This document shows positions 56,903-64,000 of a DNA stretch of 64,000 nucleotides, in pieces. Under the pieces are notes generated by a model that was given only the letters and a program-made list of their open reading frames with translations, did no database searches and was not told the DNA's origin. Position 1 is the first letter of the stretch. Each line of letters begins with the position of its first letter. The DNA is taken from NCBI GenBank assembly GCA_903885795.1, contig CAISJV010000029.1:28960-92959 (forward strand), given 5' to 3'. Source of the DNA: an uncultured delta proteobacterium. Its GTDB lineage: Bacteria > Desulfobacterota > Syntrophia > Syntrophales > UBA8958. Made by a program: the position numbers and the translations under genes.

Positions 56903-58021
56903 CTATTCATTGTTTTCTCTCCCTTTCGGTAATGTTTTTGGCAGTTGATGCCTATGCCTGAGTAGCAACCGACGCGCAGCCTGAACGGCTTCATTGTCGG
57001 GATGACCATTTGCTGTTGCGATCAACTTTTCAATCCTGCTTGACGGCCTGATTTCTCCGGCAGCTATTTTGGATCGGTACTCTTCGCGAAGGGTTTCTCT
57101 TTTTTCGACTAAGGCCCTGTCTTTCCGCGCCTGAGCTTCGATCAGGCGTTTTCGGATATTGCCTTCGGGAATGTTTTTGTGAAGCGCACAATCTCCGATA
57201 TCCTGTCGAGAGGCACCATTTTGCGTAAGGTACGTTTCTTCGTCGATAACCCTCGGTGGTTGAAGGTCGGGATAGCCGTCCAGCACAATAGATGGGACGT
57301 TCTTGCCCTCGGCCAAGGCTTTTTTGACTGAATCGTAATGATCCAATGCCACTTTGCCAATGGGTAATTCAGCCATGTGTTTTCGTGGCAAACAATGGAT
57401 GTCGTTTGGAAGTTCGTCGGCTGCACCCTTGAAAAGCATGCTGTCAGCGTAATCGCTCCTGGTTATCTGCCATGGCGCCACTTTTTCCCTTTCCTGAAGA
57501 TCAGGGTAGCTCATGAGTACTTTTGCAGAAACTGATTTTCCTTCTATAATCGCTTGCCGAACAACACACTTATGGTGCGTCAGCACAGTCGCCGGTAAAT
57601 CACGATCATGCATGATAAGGGTTTTGCGATTTGGAAGGCGGAAAAGATTGAGACCTGCCTTTTTGTCGTAAAGTTGGAGGATTTGGCTCATGATGGTTGT
57701 CACGCCGACTTCCGTTTGGCCGGTTGCAACTACTTCATGGGCAATTTGCCAGAGGGACGAAAATCCCTCATCTGTTGTGGTCTGCACGTTGCGCATTCCA
57801 CTTTGGGCATTCCCCGATTTTCCGTGTCCTTCGCGAACAGGGATGAAAATATGATTTTCTTTCCACTCCGTCAGAGTCATCTCCCAGGGTGCCAGCTCGC
57901 CGTCTTTGCGATCAGCAAAGATGTCGTCAAGGCATTCGGAAGATTGATCTGTGGGAAGGGGAAGGGAAGGGGGTGCTTCAGTGGAAGGCTCCGTCTTTGA
58001 AAGCAAAGACAGAAGAGTCAT
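56903..58021 (-). CDS. Polyvalent-protein-like hypothetical protein with an internal duplication
   Basis: Two copies of PWx(M/I)T..H..V..A..EGK.V...VL..YPDL. Confidence 0.7.
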   Translation of the reverse strand: MTLLSLLSKTEPSTEAPPSLPLPTDQSSECLDDIFADRKDGELAPWEMTLTEWKENHIFIPVREGHGKSGNAQSGMRNVQTTTDEGFSSLWQIAHEVVATGQTEVGVTTIMSQILQLYDKKAGLNLFRLPNRKTLIMHDRDLPATVLTHHKCVVRQAIIEGKSVSAKVLMSYPDLQEREKVAPWQITRSDYADSMLFKGAADELPNDIHCLPRKHMAELPIGKVALDHYDSVKKALAEGKNVPSIVLDGYPDLQPPRVIDEETYLTQNGASRQDIGDCALHKNIPEGNIRKRLIEAQARKDRALVEKRETLREEYRSKIAAGEIRPSSRIEKLIATANGHPDNEAVQAARRLLLRHRHQLPKTLPKGRENNE

Positions 58022-58333
58022 AATGTTGTCTCCTTTCGGTCAGGTAATGGAATGTCTGGGGATGTGGTTCTTGCGGCGTTTTTCGCCTCTTTCGATCCAC
58101 CGCTTTTGGACTACAATGTGGTGCATTGGTTCGGCGATCACTTCCTCCTGGCGAACAAGTGGGCTTCCAGTACGATTATGTAATCATCGCTCTGTAAGCT
58201 GTCCACGCTGCCTGGACGAAGAGCATCAACTATTGCCCTAAATTCGTCAATCATACCCAGTTTCTTTTTGTTCATGATCGTTCCTCCTGTTATCCCGGCC
58301 CCAATTGGCCGGGTGTCTTTTCGTTTCGTGGAA

Positions 58334-58705
58334 TCAGACAGCTACCCTTTCTTCCACTGTTTGGGTTGTTACCGTGAGACACATACAAGCGGGTATTTCC
58401 GTTACATGTGCGCAAATAGGCGTTGCTCCTATCCCATCGTCAACGAAGAAGAGGTCCACATCTGCATTGGTATAATGCGCCCTTATTCCCAACAGGCCAT
58501 AAGGTGCAAGCTCGTGTGAATCAGCAATGTGGGATGCTTTGGGAATTTTGAATTCCTTTATAATTTCCTTAATTGCGTAGCCTTGGGAAAATCCCATAGA
58601 GAAAGGCAATTCTTCCCACGTCATCATCTTGATAGCAGCCAGGACTATGTCCTGATTGCCTTCCCAGTATTCTCGGCCTACGTTCAGCCAGTCTATTCTT
58701 TCCAT
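58334..58705 (-). CDS. Hypothetical protein
   Basis: AAAGGAG RBS. Confidence 0.65.
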   Translation of the reverse strand: MERIDWLNVGREYWEGNQDIVLAAIKMMTWEELPFSMGFSQGYAIKEIIKEFKIPKASHIADSHELAPYGLLGIRAHYTNADVDLFFVDDGIGATPICAHVTEIPACMCLTVTTQTVEERVAV

Positions 58706-58959
58706 AGCGTTCTCCTTTTATAAGTATTGGGCTTTCGAGTTAATCGATGCCTCCTGTCAATATTTCGCCCTTTCCTTTTCTTGGGTTGTTTTTATCAACT
58801 AAAGATCCCAACCTGTAGGCAATCTCAGTCATCGCTTTCCACTGGTGATCACCTGCCGGGATGCGAAGGGCGTTTTCTATCATCCCAGCAAAATACATAA
58901 CCATTTCTCTCCCGTGTTTAGTCATCACCATTTCTCCTTTCGGTAATGCGGTACTCGAT

Positions 58960-59199
58960 TTAATCGACGCCTCCGGCCAATGCTTCGCCGCAGTCGCAGC
59001 AGACGACGCAAATGACCGGTATCTCGTAACGGGGATCCTCGACGGTCCAAGAATACAGACGGTGAGGGGCGTGCTTGCAGATCGTGTTGGGGGCCGGCTT
59101 AAACTTCTTCTTGCCTGCCGCCTCCTTTTTCTGAACACCACTCTTGCCCTTGGAATAGGAGTCAAAGCCAAACTGTGACTGCTTCATGATTCCCTCCAT
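58960..59199 (-). CDS. Small Cys/His-rich hypothetical protein
   Basis: CKH..H..CCDC. Confidence 0.55.
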   Translation of the reverse strand: MEGIMKQSQFGFDSYSKGKSGVQKKEAAGKKKFKPAPNTICKHAPHRLYSWTVEDPRYEIPVICVVCCDCGEALAGGVD

Positions 59200-59435
59200 G
59201 TCAAGCGAGCATAGATTTCGCTCGCCAAGTCTTTATCATACTTCTTTCCAATGACCTGGTCATGCATGATGATTGTATTACACCTGCTGTACTTCATCGC
59301 CTCATTCACATAGATCTCGCAAAATATGCAGAACCAGCGAATTCCTCTTCCGTTATCCCACATTTGGGCCATAGCCCGATCGCAATGGGGACAAACCTCG
59401 AACACGCCATTAGACAATTGACGTTTCATTTTCAT
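59184..59435 (-). CDS. Small zinc-ribbon protein
   Basis: CPHC..CIFC; AAGGAG RBS. Confidence 0.6.
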   Translation of the reverse strand: MKMKRQLSNGVFEVCPHCDRAMAQMWDNGRGIRWFCIFCEIYVNEAMKYSRCNTIIMHDQVIGKKYDKDLASEIYARLTWRES

Positions 59436-59465
59436 TCTCCTTTTTAGGTAATGTTTGGGATTGGT

Positions 59466-59753
59466 TTAGCGGAACACGAACTCAATGGCAGAGTGGGTGA
59501 AAAAATATACCCGCTTGCCGTGATGCCTTGACCGTGAGTAGGCGACGCAGTAGTCGCCAGCCATTGTCAGGCCACGTCGAGGGTGTCGTGCGTATGCCAG
59601 TTGCTGTTCGATTTCTGCCAGACACTCCCGGTTGACGTGCTTCAAGAACGCCCGCCGGGTTACATCTCTCGCTTGATCTACCATGTCGGATAGGCCACCT
59701 TCTGAATGGACATCATTCGTTGGCCAAGCAACGCAGGAGCTGTAGTAATTCAT
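59466..59753 (-). CDS. Phage/plasmid hypothetical protein
   Basis: GGAGG RBS; VAYSRS..GKRVYFFTHSAIEFVF motif. Confidence 0.7.
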   Translation of the reverse strand: MNYYSSCVAWPTNDVHSEGGLSDMVDQARDVTRRAFLKHVNRECLAEIEQQLAYARHPRRGLTMAGDYCVAYSRSRHHGKRVYFFTHSAIEFVFR

Positions 59754-59762
59754 ATATGCCTC

Positions 59763-60182
59763 CTAAAAATTGTCCGTTGGATGACGGGGCTTGGGCCATT
59801 CGTCAGCTTCTTCGAACATGATTTCCGTCTCCGCATTACGGAGGGCCAGCTCCGCCGTCCTGAGTTCATCCTCCAGTCGTCTGTGCCGGAAGATTCCAGG
59901 AAGCGCATCTACTCCTTCTTTAGTCTGCGCCGCATCCTCTTTGTGAAGTCTCTCGCGGAAGGAATGGACATGTTGAATAATCTCCCGGACTTGTTCCGGG
60001 GACCTCTCTTCGTTCTCCTTCGTATTGAATATGACGGATATGTCTCCATTATTGTTAATAAATTCTACGTCCTTATGACCCAATGTTATTATCCAGTGTA
60101 CAATTTTATCAAGGATTACGGAAATTTCATCGAGCGCAATTTCCCTACTTTCGTCTGGGTTCATGTCAATTACTATTCTCAT
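59763..60182 (-). CDS. Hypothetical protein
   Basis: AAAGGAG RBS. Confidence 0.6.
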   Translation of the reverse strand: MRIVIDMNPDESREIALDEISVILDKIVHWIITLGHKDVEFINNNGDISVIFNTKENEERSPEQVREIIQHVHSFRERLHKEDAAQTKEGVDALPGIFRHRRLEDELRTAELALRNAETEIMFEEADEWPKPRHPTDNF

Positions 60183-60202
60183 TTTGTTCTCCTTTCTTAG
60201 AT

Positions 60203-60250
60203 AAAAAAAGACCCCCGGAACGATGCAATTGCAGTTCTTTCCGGGAGTCC
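60203..60250 (-). terminator. Intrinsic-terminator-like hairpin inside the gene array
   Basis: GACTCCCGGAA..TTCCGGGGGTC followed by T7 on the minus strand. Confidence 0.65.
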
Positions 60251-60258
60251 TTAGTGTT

Positions 60259-60450
60259 TCAGATTGATGAGTAGGTAGCAGCCGATTTCGCAGCCGTGTC
60301 CGCCATTACTCGCAAACTGTCCAGGTCAATACGACGGCCTTCTTCGATAATGAAGGTCGTACCGCACGAATCACACCGCAGTTTGTCAACGAGGCAGGTC
60401 AGATGCGACCGCTGGTCCTCTCCGCATTTGGGACATTGATACTTCATCAT
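60259..60450 (-). CDS. Small zinc-ribbon protein
   Basis: CPKC..CDSC; AAGGAG RBS. Confidence 0.6.
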   Translation of the reverse strand: MMKYQCPKCGEDQRSHLTCLVDKLRCDSCGTTFIIEEGRRIDLDSLRVMADTAAKSAATYSSI

Positions 60451-60769
60451 GGCTAATCTCCTTCCGGTAATCGTCGTTACGCATCTACATTGGCGATCTT
60501 AATGCAGGTGAGGCGAGTAATCCTGGACAGGATCACCGCCATCTCATGCACATCGCTTTCCATTGCCAGAAAGGTCCTGGTCCACGTTCCCTTGCCAGGG
60601 ATTTGAAACACAAACTCGAAACTTTTCATGACTTTTCTCCTTTCCATGCTGTCAAAAGTTTTGATTATCAAAATAGTGCAGGGACTTTCGACAGCGGTTT
60701 GGGGTAATAAAATGCCGCCCGTGCCTCTTGAGAGAGGTCGGTACGGCAATGAGAGTTAAATCCTAGTCC

Positions 60770-60833
60770 CTGGAACTGTGAACACATCCATGAGGGATGC
60801 TAAAGCTTCCCGCAGGATAGCGTTCAGGTGCAG
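60770..60833. repeat. Structured three-way-junction repeat, copy D
   Basis: CTG-TGAAC-A-CATCC atgag GGATG-CTAAA-GCT TCC cgca GGA T AGC-GTTCA. Confidence 0.8.
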
Positions 60834-61059
60834 AGAGGTAATTACTGCGCAAATACAGCTATAATCGCCGCTATTTCTGCCATATAAAGGCAGGCGGCAA
60901 ACATGCGTGGAATTTCCATGTTTAGCATTTGCATCTTCTTCATCCTTCATCTAAAGGGGCCACGGACAGGATTGGGATGGTTTCCTCATCGTCCGGCTTC
61001 TTTGGTTCCCTCGCCCTTTAGGGCCGTGACCAAGTTAAGGAACCTTACCTAGGTAGCCC

Positions 61060-61473
61060 TCAAAAAGGCACGTCGTCATCCATGTAGCTGCCATCCGGGG
61101 ATGCTGTCATTCCAGGCTGCTGTGCTCCAGGATCGTCGTCACTCTGCTGCTTCTTTTCGAGAAGCTTCATGTCGAACAGGATGGCTTCGGTTTTGTACCG
61201 TTTCACACCTTCCTTGTCCTCCCATGATCGAGTTTTGAGTCGGCCCTCAACAAAGACCAAGCGGCCCTTTACGAGGTACTGACCAGTGATTTCTGCCAGC
61301 TTGCCCCAACACACGCAGGACAACCATTCGGTTTCCTTAATCGGACTTCCGGATTTGTCCTTGCGAACATAATCGGATGCAACCGAAAAGCTGGTGACCT
61401 GTGCTCCGTCCGGTGTAAACCTAACTTCAGGATCCCTTCCGAGACGTCCAATAAACTGCACTTTGTTCAACAT
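61060..61473 (-). CDS. ssb: Single-stranded DNA-binding protein
   Basis: NKVQFIGRLGRDPEVRFTPDG, KGRLVFVEGRLKTRSW, C-terminal DDDVPF. Confidence 0.96.
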   Translation of the reverse strand: MLNKVQFIGRLGRDPEVRFTPDGAQVTSFSVASDYVRKDKSGSPIKETEWLSCVCWGKLAEITGQYLVKGRLVFVEGRLKTRSWEDKEGVKRYKTEAILFDMKLLEKKQQSDDDPGAQQPGMTASPDGSYMDDDVPF

Positions 61474-61526
61474 TTTTTACTTCTCCTTTCTCCTTGAAAT
61501 TGTGAGGTAATGGTCCAGTCCTTTGT

Positions 61527-61629
61527 AGGACGTAAAAAAGCCGCTTCTGTCCCGTTGTCAAGCGATGGGGCAGCCAAGCGGCTATGTTCGTGACCTACTG
61601 AAAATACTAACTGTCTAAGTAATACTTCC
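61527..61629 (-). promoter_or_regulatory. ~100 bp promoter/attenuator-like repeat, copy 2 (upstream of ssb)
   Basis: Near-identical to 54915-55014, with compensatory changes in the stem. Confidence 0.7.
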
Positions 61630-61748
61630 AGTAGGTGCGATTAAATACAAAAGAATGAAGAAAAAGACGGGAATATTTTGTCGCTGAGAAATTTAAGAGG
61701 AAACCCTGACACCAAAATAAGCCCTCGAACTTCACTCGGAGCAGAAAG

Positions 61749-62474
61749 TCATTTCCACTCGTTCTCCTGACTTATGATGTTTGAGGTTTTTCTTGATCCC
61801 AGGAAAATTCCTGCGGCAGGTATGGTTACTAAGAGGGTTGTCGTGAAAAGCACAAAGTAGGCCGAGATCAGAAACACCGGTCTGAACTCCAGTAACCACC
61901 GATACAGCGCGTTCAAGCTGTCATGTTTTACTAACCATGATATCTTTTGCAACCAGTTGGCAAGAAATTGAGGTTCGAGCAAAACATAGTAAATGAAGTG
62001 AAAGGCCAAAAAAGCGAGAATCGCTTTGATGATCGCGCCCGCTGCCACCCCAAAGAGAAGGTTTTTGATTGCTGTCTTCGTAATTTCCCCTATGAAGTAT
62101 TTCCCCAAAGAGGCGAACATACAAGCATACCCGACAGTGAAGCCAATCGCGAGCATAAAGGCGAAGAACTTGTCGTACCCGTTCGGATCATAAGAACCAA
62201 ATATGGGCAGGTATTTCTCGACGACCCCAATGGCTATTGGTGTCAGGAAGGCTGAAATAAGACCGCTTATGAAAGCTCCTTTGAAACCCACCTCGAAGAA
62301 GGCCAACTTGCCTGCGAGTGTGAGAAAGTCAACGGAGATGGTGCCACTGGACCTTTCAACCAAGTAATACTGCTGTATCTCGGAATATGCATCCAGAAAT
62401 CCCTTTGGCCTGCCCGGCGTTGGCTGAGAGCCAAGAAATACATCTCCTTTTTGAGAATCCTTGTTTAATGACAT
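61749..62474 (-). CDS. Multi-pass membrane protein of the conjugative backbone
   Basis: About four TM helices; GGAGG RBS; co-oriented with the HD-domain gene. Confidence 0.7.
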   Translation of the reverse strand: MSLNKDSQKGDVFLGSQPTPGRPKGFLDAYSEIQQYYLVERSSGTISVDFLTLAGKLAFFEVGFKGAFISGLISAFLTPIAIGVVEKYLPIFGSYDPNGYDKFFAFMLAIGFTVGYACMFASLGKYFIGEITKTAIKNLLFGVAAGAIIKAILAFLAFHFIYYVLLEPQFLANWLQKISWLVKHDSLNALYRWLLEFRPVFLISAYFVLFTTTLLVTIPAAGIFLGSRKTSNIISQENEWK

Positions 62475-62486
62475 CGATCTAACCTC

Positions 62487-62762
62487 CTAATTTGCCCACC
62501 AGAACATCGCAGCAACCACTCCACCCATATAGGTGATGACAATCGCCATGACAAAGAGTAAAATTCCCAATGCGACCAGCCGCCTGTAAACCCCAAACCA
62601 AAAGGCACCGATAAGAAACGCCGTCGCGAAAATCCTTGCCCATATACCGCTCAGAAAGTTGTTATACATCCTTGCCCAAATACTCGCATAGTCTGCCGCT
62701 GAGAAATGCGTGAGCGGGTTTAGCGCGTCCAACACTCCTGTTATTGCAATAAATTCGATCAT
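62487..62762 (-). CDS. Small two-TM protein, possibly pilin (VirB2/TrbC)-like
   Basis: 91 aa with two hydrophobic helices; conjugative context only. Confidence 0.5.
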   Translation of the reverse strand: MIEFIAITGVLDALNPLTHFSAADYASIWARMYNNFLSGIWARIFATAFLIGAFWFGVYRRLVALGILLFVMAIVITYMGGVVAAMFWWAN

Positions 62763-62765
62763 ACT

Positions 62766-63956
62766 TTAACCTTTCCCCTCCGTTTCTGCTGGTTTCATAC
62801 TCTTAATGGAAAAAAGAGCCCCGTCCTTGTTCTTTTCCAGGTCGCCAGGCATCCCAAATGCCTCTGCCTTCAACGGAACAAGTTGATGCTTTTTCGGAAC
62901 GCCTTGCGTCGTTGATATTCTGTAGCTCTTGAAGCAGTGCCCCTGATTGGCAAGCTCATCACTCACCGCTCCGATCTCTCTCAGACTTTTAACGATGTTC
63001 TTGACTGCATAAAGTACGTCCGTGTTCCTGATAACAGTTAGGTCTATTACATTTTCCGATTCAGCATACTCTTTGGCGGTTTCTTGGAGGAACGTTGTAT
63101 CGAAGTAAACGATTCCCCCATAAGAGAATGCTTTCAAGAGTTTTCCCACCTGTGCAGTGTTTATCTTTGGTCTGAGGCGTGCAAGAAACTCCGTCGGGTC
63201 GAACCATTCTTTCCACTCTTTCGCTTGCTTGCCAGTGACCTTGGCTATTTCTAATACCCTCGCTTTGCCGTCTGCATACCGCAACTCTGCCCCGAACTGG
63301 TCTTGTTGACTGCCCTGTTCATCGTATTTGATGTGATGTTCCCTAATCGCTTTCAGTACCTTGTCCACCCACGGAAGATTACGACCACCAAAAATTGAGG
63401 AAACCTTTTCCACGCTTATAATGGGGTGATCGTACTTGGAGTAGGTGTCGCCTATTCTCAGCGATGCGAGCTTACCCAGGTCATGGCCCAGGGCAGCCAC
63501 AATCATCGCTGGTATGAGTGCTTCAGGATCCATCCATTCTCTTTTGATTCTCTCGATTCCCAAAATAGCCACATTGAAGCTGTGCGACCGGAGCGTCACT
63601 TGTCTTAGAGAGTCCGCCATGGTGGACATGTCATTATCCGCGTTGTCCCTGCCCATTTGAACAATTGAGGCGCAGCCGCCCTGGTCATCGAGAATCTTGA
63701 TGATCTGGTATATGCCGTCGAGCGCGTTTGTATTCTCGCATAATTTCTCGTAGGGTTTTACCACGATGCGTATGAACTCTGAGGCTTCATTGCTCCAACC
63801 GCTGGTCCTGTCCACGGGAGGAGGAGGGGGAGAGCCAGATGTACCGCTCTCCAGCAGTTCTGGGTTGTCCGACCATCCGGTAAGGACGTCCGGCAGCGAC
63901 AACGACTCGGAAGGCGATGCACCCGGCGAGACGTCCATGTGTCCCCCCGCTTCCAT
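62766..63956 (-). CDS. HD-domain protein, MOBH/TraI-type relaxase-like (may extend beyond window)
   Basis: TLRSHS, AALGHDLGK, DHPIIS, AIREHH, YADGKAR; the frame stays open to the window edge. Confidence 0.6.
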   Translation of the reverse strand: MEAGGHMDVSPGASPSESLSLPDVLTGWSDNPELLESGTSGSPPPPPVDRTSGWSNEASEFIRIVVKPYEKLCENTNALDGIYQIIKILDDQGGCASIVQMGRDNADNDMSTMADSLRQVTLRSHSFNVAILGIERIKREWMDPEALIPAMIVAALGHDLGKLASLRIGDTYSKYDHPIISVEKVSSIFGGRNLPWVDKVLKAIREHHIKYDEQGSQQDQFGAELRYADGKARVLEIAKVTGKQAKEWKEWFDPTEFLARLRPKINTAQVGKLLKAFSYGGIVYFDTTFLQETAKEYAESENVIDLTVIRNTDVLYAVKNIVKSLREIGAVSDELANQGHCFKSYRISTTQGVPKKHQLVPLKAEAFGMPGDLEKNKDGALFSIKSMKPAETEGKG

Positions 63957-64000
63957 CGGAATGGAAGGTGTTTGGCACTTTTGGTAGCTTCTGTTGCATT

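Noticed and set aside
54819-60833. Three-way-junction repeats as a c-di-GMP-I riboswitch, pistol/HDV/hammerhead/twister ribozyme, or CRISPR repeats
   Set aside because: Only short coincidental matches (AAAGCCTCC; AGCGTT..GGTGCA). The required cores and pseudoknots are not conserved across copies, spacing is irregular and there are no cas genes.
1-64000. tRNA, rRNA or attL/attR direct repeats
   Set aside because: None recognised by eye; the element boundaries probably extend beyond the window.

Overview
This looks like a Desulfobacterota/Syntrophales-type region (inferred from gene style) with four blocks. (1) 1-13.3 kb: a sigma54-controlled PEP-CTERM/exopolysaccharide locus followed by a substrate-binding protein + histidine kinase pair. 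It has a bEBP, a PEP-CTERM protein, a GT2-kinase fusion, Wzz, an EEP hydrolase, Wza and an outer-membrane barrel, with three -24/-12 promoters and a shared palindromic enhancer. (2) 13.5-36 kb: mobile-element cargo with topB, an atypical BREX-like system, DinJ-YafQ, HU and a tyrosine recombinase. The BREX-like order is DUF4007/SspB-like, BrxB/F-like, PglX-type methyltransferase, five inserted genes, BrxC/SspC-like ATPase, PglZ, and BrxL with a PLD-like tail instead of a Lon protease. (3) 36-48 kb: a WYL regulator divergent from a long minus-strand gene run with a ClpP relic, two NucS-like paralogs, a DUF2779 nuclease and a truncated, catalytically degenerate DnaE. (4) 48-64 kb: an ICE/plasmid backbone with an HD-domain relaxase-like gene, ssb and many small genes typical of plasmid leading regions. 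Block 4 carries three recurring non-coding elements I cannot assign to a known family: four covarying three-way-junction elements, two copies of a ~100 bp promoter/attenuator-like leader, and eight CATTACC boxes just upstream of ribosome-binding sites. All family assignments come from motif recognition by eye; no searches were run.
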